Shown here: positions 24,334 through 36,750 of the stretch, piece after piece | Layout: every line of letters starts with the position of its first letter | Position numbering within the stretch: the first letter of the stretch is position 1 | DNA from: Camelus dromedarius | Lineage: Eukaryota | Length of the DNA stretch: 64,000 nucleotides | NCBI RefSeq assembly: GCF_036321535.1 | Contig: NC_087436.1 | Location: forward strand, 30,010,001-30,074,000 | Direction of reading: 5' to 3' | Made by a program: the position numbers and the translations under genes | The notes under the pieces: model-generated | Databases searched by the model: none | Seen by the model: only the letters and a program-made list of their open reading frames with translations | What the model was told of the DNA's origin: nothing

Positions 24334-26845
24334 TTAATGAACATTTATTTTTAGTGCTTGGACCTTTGATATTTGACTGAAACATGCTATTGTTTCACCT
24401 CTAAAAAGATATGACTAACCCACCACAGAAACATTGTAAAGTTATTGAGATGGAGAATGATTACTGCTGTCTGTCCACCAAGTCCTATCCTCTTTCTTTT
24501 CAATCTACGTTATAATGCTGCACACACAGCTATAGCCCTCTCTTTATGCCATGCTTAGGGGCAAATATTCTCTATCAGAGAAGAACCACGTTCCACTATG
24601 CAATATAATTTTAATTCAATAAAATCATCAGAGTCCCTTATATATATTTTTCCATGGTGCTCTATGAAGTGCTTGTTCAGAGAATAACACACATGACCAA
24701 AAAGTTGCATGGTATCTGTATGTAAAATGTGCTACTTTCTTCACAAGTAGAAAATCAGTCACAAAACCCTGCAGGCTTGTTGTGGCATACGTGCAGCAAG
24801 ACTGTGCACATATACCCTAGCTTTAGCATTGTATTACTTAATTAAGAAATTTAATTTTCAATATTAAATCTAAGCAGCTTCTCTGCTTGTGTCGATTTCC
24901 AATTTCAGTATTTAACAAAATGAAGAATAATGGAATATGTTAAAATATTTGGATTACATTTTCACACATTAATTTGAAAGGAATGCTTTAAAGCATGTGC
25001 CAAATTTTTGGTATAACTTAAGCAAGATTTTGAAACTTAGGAAAAGATTCAAGAAACAACACAATGGCTTTGATTAGGTATTTCATCTTTTAATATATTC
25101 ATTCCCTGTTACATGAATGCATTTGCATAGAACTCATTATACTTCACCTCAAGAGCAGACAAGAAATAGATGAAAAGAAATGAGCAGTACAGGTGAATTT
25201 AGACTATTTTGTAATGAGGTATTTATTAGTATATATTTTATCACAGTTAATGTTTAAAAGTAAACTTTGACGCACAGCAGCTTACCAGTATTGTTGTACT
25301 GGTTTCCAGGCAGGCATCCAACCCCTATAGTCCTGACCAGAATCATGGTGGACTTACCAAGTGGAGGCAATTATTTGTTTTTTTCCACCTGACCTATGGA
25401 GCTATTGGAAACTTCTGACTACCCTAAGATGATGATAAGGGTGAGACTGAAAAAAAAAAAAAAGCCAACAAACAAAACAAACTTACCTTGGACACCTGAC
25501 CCAGAGAATACAGAATTGTGGGTGATCTTTTATTGTCCACTACATTGCAGTATTTGTCTCACCCTTGAAATTGTCCATCATTGGGATCTTTAGAAACACT
25601 GCCAGTGAACTCTAAACCACTTTGTAAAGAAGAGTTTAAATTCAGAATGAAACTGAAAAAAAGTATTGAAGTGTCTAAATGTGAGCAAAGTTAAAATGAA
25701 TTTAAGCAGTTTGTTGCTGCAAACATTCCTCAGTCTTTAAAAGATTTTGAAAGTCAGTATATTTTCTCTCAGTTTAATTCTTTCCTAGTCTCTGCCTTAT
25801 CTGTCTACTCTTTCACAATATTTATCCAACAAACTTTTCTTCTAAGTCTCATTTTAGTAGTTTTATTAATGTATAATTGAGCTACAAAGAACTGCATGTA
25901 TTTAATGTGTAAAATTTGGTGAGTTTGGACATATGCAAACCAAGATCTGAATGATAAGTGTGTCTTTGCTACTACGGTTACTGCTTTTACATTTTCCAGT
26001 AGATAGATCTAGGAAATGTGTGTGAATACTAACATTATCTATAACTATCGTCTATTAATCAATAAATTTGAATTTCTATATATTTTAAGCTACATATGAT
26101 GTTTGTTTGATTTCTATGATTCTAATTTAGTACAGCAGGGTTTATTTTAGCTTTCCCCCCTTAAATAACAATATCTTACTCAGAAAGCTGGTTCCTACCG
26201 CCCTATATCCATTTTACTTGTTAAATCCCAGTTTATATGTAAAGCAGATTCACTTTTACTTTTTGGATTTTTATGTGAAAATTTTTCTCATATCCATAAT
26301 GTTGAATTAAAATATTTTTATTATGATAGTACTTAAATATCCATAAACCTATTACTAGATACAAAGTGACCATTACTGTAACTTTTATCCAAATATAAGA
26401 CCTAAGTTTATTCCAAATATTTACAAACTCTACTATAAAATTTCTGATATTTTAATAAACGTAATTCTTTAAACATAATAGATGATGTGTTTGTCACTTA
26501 AAATAAGCGATTTCTTTAAAATATATATGGTACTGATTGTTCTATACTGTTTTTTTAACTTGCCATGAGTAAGACCGCATCCCTTATGCTACCTTATATT
26601 ATATGCCGTCCAGCTTTAATTAAATTCCTGTAAAAGTTTATATAGACTTTGTACGGGGATCTTATTGGTCCATGAGTTGACATCATAAATGTACTGAATA
26701 TACGTCTGATCTTTTTTCATGAGACTGTTACAATTAAATAGTATTATTCTGGGCCAAGCTATTATAAACAGAAATGTATATTTAATCATTGAAATCTCAT
26801 GGGTTTTTTGCTTTTGTTTTGTCTTGGATATAACAAGAAACTCTA

Positions 26846-27030
26846 GGTCTTTGCCACTCAAAGTGTGGTTCACAGATCCACAGCATACTCATTGGGCATC
26901 ATGAACATGAACTGCGGTTTCTCAGAAATACAGAATCTTGCCTCTCACTCCAGAATGACTGAATCATAATTTTCAAATTACCAACATCCCCAGGTGTTTC
27001 ATATGCAGACCAAATATTGTGAAGTGCTGC
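26846..27030. mobile_element. hAT-Charlie MITE (MER5-like)
   Basis: actcaaagtgtggttcacagatccacagcat...agaaatacagaatct...actgaatca...atccccaggtgtttcatatgca...gaagtgctgctcta. Confidence 0.8.
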
Positions 27031-28554
27031 TCTATAAGGGCCACATGATAAAGTGTCCAAACTGTCTGTATAATTTACATTGCTTTTCAAACTAAAGTTC
27101 AAAAATTACAAATAACTTGCTCAAAAAGTCAAACAAAAATTAATTTTAAGAACCATGCTCTCAAAATTTAGATGGTTATGTTGCCTAGAGGCTATAATAA
27201 AAGCTCATAACTGGGCCTTATAGCGTCTGCCTCAGAACATCGTGGACCTTCATTTACTATATATTTTGAAGTGTCTTTTAGGATATTCGTTTCTTTTAGC
27301 TTTGTATCTGAATTATTCATCTTTTCTCATATACATTTTAGCTATCATAGGAGTTCAGTGAAAACCGCTTACTTCTCAAGTGCCCTTAATTGTATGCTAC
27401 AACATTACAGTTTGAAATTTATTCTGTAAAAGAGCTTTTTAAATTTTTTTCTGAAATACTCTATCTAATAAAACTTTATAGGGAAGAATAGATAAATATG
27501 GGGAAAAGAGATTTAGGAGAATGTGGTAGAGGCTAAATTGGAGCTCTACCTTTTTTGGTATAAACAATACAAAATGTGGACTTTGGAGGGAGGCAGAGAG
27601 AGAAAGAGTCCAGGGAGCCCATTAGCAAAGAGGGAAGGGGTTTAATAATGAAACTGCCGTGGAAAGTTGGACTTAGGAAGAGCAGTGTCTAAAACAGGTT
27701 TTTAAGAAATACTGCTGTGGGTTATGTGAAGTAATTCACTCCCCTCCCCCACCATCTCCTTTAGAATCATTCCATGAGAACCTTTTTTTTTTTTTTTCAA
27801 ATTTTTATTTAGATTTGTATCCTTGATATAATAACTAGTAAGAAAACACTCCAGTTCATAATGGTACACAGAGCTGAATGATATTGATAACTAACTTAAT
27901 CTTCAAAGAAATCCTGCAAGATAAGGCTTAATAACCTCAGAGAAAAAAAAAATTCTGATGATTAAAAAAAAGGTTTAATAGCATATTCCCATATGTCTTT
28001 AATGAGAAAAAGCCCAGGGTTTTCAGACCCCAAAGCTAAGAGCCGTGTTTGGCATTGATCTCCTCAGGTAAAATTAAATTAATGTGTTTTAACAATAATA
28101 TTGATTTCTCCCAGTCTCTCTCTTTTCTGTGAGGGTCCCCAAACAGAGAGATAGCTGAGAGTCACTTATATTCCTCTCACTCATACAGGAGTGAAAATAA
28201 ATAAAACTTGCCTCAGAACTGTGTCAACGTGATCTTGCAACAAAATATTTAGAGAGTTCAAAGAAAATGAGTCTTCTTTACTTGATAATTACCCCCGTCT
28301 ACCTCCTCCAAAACACCCAAAACTCAATCCCACCAGAGTGTTTTTTTGAAAAAAAGGTAAATTAAGATCCTCAAATGATAGTACTCTGGCAAACCAAATA
28401 AAAAAATCCTTTGAGAAAGACATTTTTTACAAACATTTATCTTGGGTAGAAATTAAAAATAAGCAAACATAAATTTTAGACCAGGGGGAAATAAAACAAA
28501 AAATAAGTGCCTTCCCTTGGGTATTTGAAGCAGAATAAAATATCTTATAAAAGC

Positions 28555-28745
28555 AGTATGGTTTAAAGTTTCAAAATATGTGTGTTTCTGGTTTTAGTTT
28601 TATGACTCATGTAACAAAGGCCAAGTCATAGAACTTCTGAGCATCATAGTGTCTTTTATTCTAAATTGGTAATGAAATTTGTATCGTCTATTCTACAGAG
28701 TGTTGAGAGGATAGAATATTTTTTACTCAGAATGTTTTCTAAAAT
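28555..28745 (+). mobile_element. MIR SINE (degenerate)
   Basis: Core-like ggccaagtcatagaacttctgagcatc...ctaaattgg...tctattctacagagtgttgagaggatag. Confidence 0.55.
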
Positions 28746-30769
28746 GTAATATATGACCTATTACATTTAATCTACCACTGTGAGGAAAAAATGAATATCT
28801 TTCATAATATATTCTACACTACAATTTTTTTTAGTATGACCTTAAAAAAATAGTCATAATTTCTGTGGTTTAAAAAAAAAATCTTCAAAACGTTTTTTGA
28901 AAAATTTTTATCCACATCAAAAAATTAAATATGTGAATTACATCAGTAATTACTTATTTATATTGCATTCATATTTTAACAGATCAATGACGTTCTAGAA
29001 AATTACAGAAAATAGAGAAAGGCAAAATTACATAACTTTAGAAACATATGAATAATATATAATTTATACCACTTAATTAGAGTATAGCCAATAACAATAG
29101 CCACACCTGGAGGCCAATTAAAATTTGGTGTCTTTGATTTTGCTCTTGCAAGTTTCTCCCACTTCTTTTTCTGTTCTCCACCTGGTTGGAAATCCATTGC
29201 CAAAAGACAGTCTAACCTTTAACGTGGTACCAGGAGAATTTACTGAGCGTGTTTATGTAGAATTCAAATGCAACCAGAGCGAAGGGTAAATTATCTGAAG
29301 TGGGCTTGAAGGTAAACAGCTGTCTGTGAACTATGAATCATCTCAAAGGAACATTAGCTAAATTCATTTCAAAAAGGAAAATCGTTTTGCATGTTGAAAG
29401 GAATAACCGTAAAGACCTTGCACTCACTCTTAATTTGCTGTCTAACTCGTAGCTTCCTTGGGGAAGCAAAATGATGAGCTGTTTTCGTTTATTTATTTAT
29501 TTATCTGTCTATTTATTTATTTTTAAATAAGTTTTCTATTTTCTGGATACTGAAATGAATATGGAGAGGAAAACTGAAACGTCCTTCCTTACAGAGAGGT
29601 TGAAAAACATCAACATTCCTATTCTGGGGCTGAATACTGCCTTAGATTTAATTACTTAAAACTCTGCTAATATTTGGTTGTTTTTTTAAAGTGAAATCTT
29701 CCCTTGAAAATTCAGGGACTGTAGAGGACACATTATCTTATATTTTAAAAATCAGCAGAGTCTATTTTAATGTAACCAATGAATTGGTCTTCTCTTTCTT
29801 TTGTTCTTCTTTTTTTGAATCCATGGAGTCTGAGATAATCTTGATTCACTTGGATGGACCAAACTGGAAATGTTTGTTTGTAACATTATGTTTCCTGCTT
29901 TAAAAATACAATTTATTTAAAGAGAAATGGCAGGAGAAACTTTATCCTGAATCCTGTAGCAAAAACAAAACAGCATCAAGCAGTTAATCCAGCAGCAGAA
30001 CCTGAAGACTCCAGTGGGTTATACGTTTATACATGATGTATTTGAGTATGCATGTTTGTTATTGATGTTTTAAAATATTCCAAATTAAATTGAATTAGAA
30101 TCAACATTATGATATTGAAGCATTTCTGAGGAAACCTAAATTTCTATAAAACACACTTTGCCCAACGCTGCCTTAAAGATTTAAGAATTAGCAATTTGAA
30201 GAGCTGTGAGAAGAGGTTAATTAGATAATTCATTTATGAAAATGCAGTGTGAAATTATACTAAAACATATTGTTTAATTTTAAAGGAGGATATGCCAAGA
30301 GCAATCTGCTTTGATAATTTAGAACTAGTGAGTTCCTTTCCATTCATCTGTCACAGATTTTCATTGTTCTTTTACCTTCTCTCCATTATTTGCTATATAT
30401 TCTTCTTTCATAATCTTCACTTGCTTTGTCACTGTATCTTTCTACTGTAATTCTCCTGTTTGTAATTCTTCTACATTCAACCCTTTACTTGTTTTCTGAA
30501 GCTATATTTCCTTATATCTCCCCTTTTTCTAATATCCTTTGCATTTATCTTACCTAATACTTATTTTCCTTAAAATATAGCAATAAATTATGACTCTATT
30601 GTTCACAGATTACATGCACATGATGAAAGAAATGTTCACTTATTTGAGGTATGGGGAAGTCATTCTGGCTTATACATGATTTGGCCTGAGCTTTATACTA
30701 ACTAGAACTGCCTGTCTTATGGCCTATCAAGCTTGCATTGTACTTTTGCTTTACCATTCCATTCCATTC

Positions 30770-31240
30770 TATTAAAAGAAAGAATGCATTTAAAAATCAA
30801 AATGGAGTAACTGTGGTTCAGGCATCCAAAACAAAGCCAGATCAGCCATTGTGGATGTGTTTTCAGACACTCGCCTGCATTGCTGAGAACTTCAGTTTTC
30901 TGAATAGTATCAAACCCAAGGACACCACCAGCCATTCTCAACACAGTATCTGCTAGCATCACCTGAGGTCCCTTGTAACTGTGCAACCATTCTGGATCCC
31001 AACTAATCTCTGCTTAACAGGCACCCTTACTGCTTGCTAGCTCTAATCTTAATTCTCAACAAACAACTTATATAACCTTGAGGTATTTGCCTTTCTCAGC
31101 CTCCCGCATTTTTGTAGTCCGGAGGAAAGCAATTCAAGTGCTTCACGGTTTGTGTCTCTTGGCTATAGTTCTAAGTTTGGCTCAAGTAAAACTCTCCTCT
31201 ATTCTTACTATAGACTGGTTATTGATTAATTACATGGACA
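30770..31240 (+). mobile_element. Solo LTR, old ERV1-class
   Basis: Starts (t)attaaaagaaa...caaaatggagt, contains TATA-like cttatataa and polyA-region ttggctcaagtaaaactctc, and ends ...ggaca. Confidence 0.7.
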
Positions 31241-31994
31241 CATGTATATGTCACATATAAGTTTAAGTGACTGATTACATGTAAATATTGAATTTTGTTG
31301 TGTGACTCAATATTCCTATCTTTGGGGAAATGAACAACAAAATTGAAGGTTTGGCCCTCAGCTGCCAAAGTGAATCACTGCTTCACAGACATGCCTTAGT
31401 TAAAACCTTACAGAGTCCCACAATCTATTCTGTTTGTGGGGAATGCTGTTAGCAGGTTGTGTTTGGGATGGAAGCAGGTGGATGTGATCTAGGGAGAGCT
31501 GCATTGCTGCCTGCCAACAAGGATTACAGGCAGAGGTATAGGAACAGAACAAGACTCGGGGGCTGTTTCCAGTGTTCCACTCTGTAGGGAAAAGAGGCAA
31601 AAGCCGAGAAGTCAATTTGCTTCACTGAGCTTTTGTGACACTTGCATTGGCAAATATTGATAATAAGAAATAAGATGAAGACGGGTGGACCTGCTATCTA
31701 GAACTTCACTGGAGGTTTTTTAGGAAAAATAGTGTTGGTCTAAGATTCACAGAGCCTGATTCAAATTGTGTTTACTTGTAAACTTAGGTTGTGGCATTAT
31801 GCCTCCATTAAATGGTTCAGTTTATCTCTCTGGTACAAATACTGGAATTAGCAGTAGTGAAAACAGTCAGTGCTCTGTACATGAGCTTTGCTTCACGGAG
31901 TGTAGCTCCACAGAGTGTACTGCCTTACACTTGTGGCAACTGGAATCAGTGATTAGTTCACAGTGAAAAACAAATATTTGTGGAGTTTTCTTTC

Positions 31995-31998
<4 letters not shown>

Positions 31999-32026
<28 letters not shown>
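31999..32026. repeat. (TG)14 microsatellite
   Basis: Directly visible. Confidence 0.95.
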
Positions 32027-32030
<4 letters not shown>

Positions 32031-32137
32031 GAGGGGAGAAGTTGGGCAGGAGGAGGAGAGTGGTATGGAGCAGAATGTCCTGTAATATCCTGTAGTGCAT
32101 TCAGTTTTTAAAGTGCTCAAATATACATTTTAAGCAT

Positions 32138-32177
32138 AAAAACAAACAAACAAACAAACAAACAAACAAACAAAAAA
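32138..32177. repeat. (CAAA)n microsatellite
   Basis: Directly visible. Confidence 0.95.
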
Positions 32178-32263
32178 CCTCAGGGCATTTGCTTTGAGAT
32201 TGCTTCAGTGTCCCTAAGTGATAACTCAAAGTTTGGAGACATTTTAGTTTAAATAGAGGGAGA

Positions 32264-32466
32264 AGGGGGGAGGGTATAGCTCAAGTGGTGGAGTGCATGC
32301 TTAGAACACTTGAGGCCCTGGGTTCAATCCCCAGTACCGCCTCTCGGAATAAATAAACCAAATCGCCTCCCCCCACCAAAAGGATACATAAATTAAAAAA
32401 GAGAGAGATGGAGAGGGATGTAAGATCAAGAGAGAATTTCTTGAGAAACAAAACAAAACAAAACAA
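32264..32466 (+). mobile_element. tRNA-derived SINE (camelid vic-1-like)
   Basis: ggggagggtatagctcaagtggtggagtgcatgcttag...ccctgggttcaatccccagtacc contains a Pol III A box (~32277-32288) and B box (32321-32330), followed by an A-rich tail. Confidence 0.9.
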
Positions 32467-33177
32467 AAAAACAGGGAGAGTCTTCCAAGGATTTATTTGA
32501 AAACCACTGTATGTAAAGAGAGGAGGATGATTTAAGTTTCAAGATATGCAACAACTTCAATAACAAAAAAATGTTGTTTTCCAGAGTATTATCATGGATA
32601 GATTATGCTCTGACTCCAATATTTTAGAGAGTGAGGAAATCATGGATAGATTTTTCTTAAACATGATCATGAAAATCATTTTACAAATGACACCAGAAAA
32701 ATTTTAATGAAAATCTTGGGAGTGAATGGCAGTGATTTTGATTCTTTTCCCAAATTAATTCTATCTTCAGAGGATGAAGGCATATTACCAGCATTAAGGA
32801 GGTCTAAAGTCACCATGATTGTTTCTTAATTTTCTCTGTAAAAGAAAATTCTGCAGTAAAAATCACTACTTATACGAATATATTGAACATTTCTTATATA
32901 AAATACTTTCTTCATTGATACGAAATGAATATTTTTTTCTTAATGTTTTCTTTTTTATTGCTTTGGATAAAGCATCTAAGGAAGTTAAGATGTGATGCAG
33001 TAAAGAAATTACATTTAGAAGAATTTAGAGGTCTAATCCTTGTGGATAATTTGTATTTGTGCATTATAAAATGAGATAATAAAACCCGAATACATTTCAC
33101 AAATTGAACTAGCTTTCTCAAAGTTCTATGTAGTAGATTATTTGCCAAAAATACCCATCTTCTCTGTATTCACATCT

Positions 33178-33320
33178 GTATTATTTACTTATTACTGTGT
33201 AACAAATTACCCCCAAATTTAGCAACTTATAATAACACAGATTATGTTACATATTTCCTGAGATTCAGGAATCTGTGAACAGTTTAACTGCATGGTTATG
33301 GTTCATGGTCTCTCACAAAT
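33178..33320 (-). mobile_element. MLT1 LTR terminal fragment
   Basis: tgtattatttacttattactgtgtaacaaattacccccaaatttagcaactta...tcaggaatctg. Confidence 0.75.
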
Positions 33321-33339
33321 TAGGGTTAGGGTTTGACCA

Positions 33340-33705
33340 AGAGAAAGCAAAGTAAGGGATGCTTTGTCAGTTTCAAGCCTAGACATCATGGAACCTTGCA
33401 TGCTCTGATTCACACTCTTAGAAATCAGCTATTCCCATGCAAAGCCTGAGGGAGCTCAGTGAACAGTAAGAGACTTGCGGGAGAAAGTCCAAGTGTCCCT
33501 GTGGCCCCCGATATCAGACCCAGCCAATATCTTCAGAGCTAACTGCTCAATCTCCAGCTCATCAAAGGCACCTGAGTAAGCCCAGACAAAACTCTAAAAC
33601 ACAATATAGTTTACTCATCGGTCAGTAAGCAACAGTAATTGATCGTTACTCTATGCCGCTAAGGTTTCAGTGGTTTGTTACACAGCAATTTATACCTGGA
33701 TCATG
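33340..33705 (+). mobile_element. MLT1 (G/H-like) LTR fragment
   Basis: cagtttcaagcctagac...ccttgcatg...ends gccgctaaggtttcagtggtttgttacacagcaat. Confidence 0.7.
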
Positions 33706-33834
33706 TAGGCTGTATCTTACACAAGTAAATGATATGAATGCAGATATCAATATGTAGAGAAAAATTAAATTTATTTCCAGTTATATAATTACATTTTGTG
33801 CTATTAATTTTCCAAATGAAAGAGATTGCTAGAC

Positions 33835-34060
33835 TTTGTTGGTTATTTTTGAATTATCTCTCAGTCTCAGCCGTCTATCTATGCTCTGCTCCACAATTCT
33901 GAAGCCCCTTTGCTACCTGGCCTAGCTGCTAACTTTTGCCAGTAGAGGGCACACGGAGATCAGAGGTAGGAGGAGAGGAGACACTGTAGTTCTTCCTCTT
34001 CCTCTCTCATTTTCCTTCTTTGGGCAGTGACTAAATGGTGGCATCCTCTTCTTCAACCTA
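33835..34060 (+). mobile_element. ERVL LTR fragment (LTR33/LTR41-like)
   Basis: ctatgctctgct...cctttgctacctggc...ttttgccagtagagggcacacggagatcagaggtaggaggag. It lies directly upstream of an ERVL internal segment. Confidence 0.6.
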
Positions 34061-34099
34061 CTGTAAGCTTCCGTTAAAGGGACCCTTAGTCATTTCCTA

Positions 34100-35900
34100 A
34101 GAGGATTGTGTATAGAGGAAAGGAAAATACTCTGGCTTTTCAATAACTTACACTAAATCATAGGTCCTAAAACTCCATTGTGGTTCACTCTCTAGAGTGG
34201 GATCCTCTAGAGTTCAGGAGTTTGGTGTGAGTTGCCTCACATCATGTCCAGGAAGCTCTACAAACAAATTCTATTACTTTCCCAGTTCTTGATTGTATAA
34301 TTTCCATAGACCTACTCAGCAACTGGTAGAATCTCTACATTATACCCTTAATCCATGGATTGAGACTATGACCTGAGTAAGGGCCAAATGGAAATCTCAG
34401 GAATTTCTCCCTACCAGAAAGGAAAACAATACATAATACATTATTTTTGTGGAGTTTTCACAGATCATTGCCAATATCAAAGACTTAAAAATGCCAAGGA
34501 GAACCCCTGCACCCTTTTTTTGCATCTTTACCTTGGACAGAAGTTGATGAATCACGGATAATGACTATCGATTGTGATAAACTTAATCCAGTACTGTCTC
34601 CAATTGCAAGTGTCATTCATCGTAGTGCCAGGAACCTGGTCACATTTTTCAATACCTAGTTAGAAGACACCAGAAGTAATTTGCCTCTACTAGCCGAGAC
34701 AAAAATATAACTTCACTTCTTTTTATAAGAGCTAGGTCGACACTCTTGCTTCTTGCCATAATGTAGTCTCCCTGACATCCAATAAACTATTACTGTGGTT
34801 CACTTCACTGAGGACATAATGTGGAACTGATGGTGAGGAATTAACAAATTCAAAGATCTCTTAATAAGACATGTGCATGCAGTAAGCTGGGAGATAAACC
34901 TATGAAATTACTAAAGCCTTCAATGCTAATGAAGTGTTCCGGGGTTCAGTGGTCTGTGGCGTGTCAGAATATCTGCTCTAAGGTAAAAAACATGTTTCTG
35001 TGTTTTGAAATTCTTACAACCAAAAAATGGGCCAAATGCATGATGAGTATATCGAATATGGGGACCCTGTATGCAACATTTGGTGTATTTCTCTGACCTA
35101 TGTACTGAAGAGCTGATAAGATCCATTTTTCAGTGAAGCCTAAAGCAAAAGAATGCTGTGCGCCATGTCCAGACTTCTCTTCTAATTAGCCTTATGACCG
35201 AGTAGAACCAGTGATACCTGGAGTGTCTGTTGTAAAAGAGGATAATGTATAAAGTGATTCCCAAGCTCCATTTAAAGAATTATAGTGCAACCTTTAGAGT
35301 TTTGGGGTAAAGCAATGCTTTCTTTTCTGGATAATTATTCTCCTCTGAGAAAAAGCTTCCTGTCCCTGTCCCTTTCCCAGTTGTCAGGAGCCTAGCTTCT
35401 GCTTTGTAACAGGCCTTTTTTGGTTGTCATTGACTGGTGTGTAATCTAGATTTCCGAGGAAGGAATGCTTTTTCTAGGGGAAACAAAGTTTCCAAGCACT
35501 GGGACATTATAATTTGAGGCTTCTTATACCACAGAGCCCATAAGCAAGGAAGTAGATAACTGTACTAGATGGGATGAACAATTCCAGTGTCAATGGAGTC
35601 TTGTTGGGCTGCTGACACAGCAGTGGGAGCAGGGAGAACTCTGTCTGAAACTCGGAGTTTTCTAGGCTTCTCTTAGTACTCTCATGGTCAACAGTATACG
35701 TGAAAGGAAGAACAGTGCAACGCAACACAGCAGAACTGCTTTGAAACCCAGACCACTTGGGAATAAAACTTTGGCTACTTTATTTAACAAAATACCCTGA
35801 CCAGTTCAGGTACTGGATGAGAACAGAGAAAATACGGGATTTTCTTGGGGAAGAAGGAAGTTATGGTAACAAACTCTGACCTCATGATCTTTGACACAGT
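34100..35900 (+). mobile_element. Degenerate ERVL internal region (protease, RT, connection, then 3' pol remnant)
   Basis: Protease-region gtgtatagaggaaaggaaaatac (VHWGKGN). RT ataatgactatcgattgtgataaacttaat (MTVDYRKLN) and gtggttcacttcactgaggacataatg = VVHFTEDIM (LVHYIDDIM). ORF 34902..35096 SGVQWSVACQNICSKVKN...TTKKWAK matches LGVQWCGACRDIPSKVKD...TTKKEAQ. Confidence 0.9.
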
Positions 35901-36439
35901 CATTATAAATATGTGTATTTTTTCATGATGGATCAATCTCTGTCTATCTACATTTTACCTTCCTTTTTATTTCTTTATGATTCTAGACTAGCAGCAGTGG
36001 TTAATTTCAAAATTTAGTCTCCAGTTTATGGAATATTTGGGAATAGGGTTGAGATTAAACTGAAAGGAGATTAATAGCACTTAATAATGAATATGGTGGC
36101 TATTGTTTCTCCCATTTTAAGGAAAAGAGTAAGAGTTTCTTTGCTTTCAGTAACATTCTGCTCGTCAGAACCAGCCCACACTTCTGTCAGAGACTTTAAG
36201 ATTTTGCATTTCAAAGTTTCTTTGCCAGTATGTCAATAATATTTCAATAACTCTGGAAGAAAACAAAAAAGAAAGCCAAACCTATTACTAGCTTCAGATG
36301 GAACTCTGATTTTTTAAGGTAAATGTGATAACCCTGTTACACCTGCTACTTGAGTTAGAAATCCATAGTACATCAAACAGCTCACAGCTGTTTGGGGATT
36401 AAAAAAAAAAAAAAAAAAAGAATATTAACCTAAGTTGGC

Positions 36440-36750
36440 TCAATAATATTGATGGGTAAGAGTTTCATTCCAGACTGTGAAATAAAGACTGCTACTGACG
36501 TGAGCGAGTAAACACACATCACAGCTGTGAATGTTGGCTCTTTCATACCAGTTAAGAGAAATAGACAGGCTGAAGCAGATAATCGTTATGTCAGGCTGAA
36601 GAGAGAACACAATGGCAACATTGAGTTGGTTAGTCAATTAATGCTGAATACGTGCCACCTCTGGACTTGGTATTACATAAAATAATATATTAATTCATTG
36701 TTTTAGCTTATTTGCTTGTTATTGTAGCTAAAAGCATTTTAACAGATACT
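36440..36750 (+). mobile_element. Old ERVL/MaLR LTR 3' part
   Basis: ccacctctggactt...ttattgtagctaaaagcattttaacagatac is a typical LTR16/MLT1-type terminus. Confidence 0.5.

Noticed and set aside
25487..25652. Minus-strand exon candidate with good splice sites (ctttttttcag ... AAG|gtaagt)
   Set aside because: All three frames of the 166-nt interval contain stops and I found no partner exons. A non-coding exon cannot be excluded without RNA data.
32265..32340. Possible tRNA gene (also 51282-51355)
   Set aside because: A and B boxes are present, but the arms are degenerate and both copies run into A-rich tails, which indicates SINEs.
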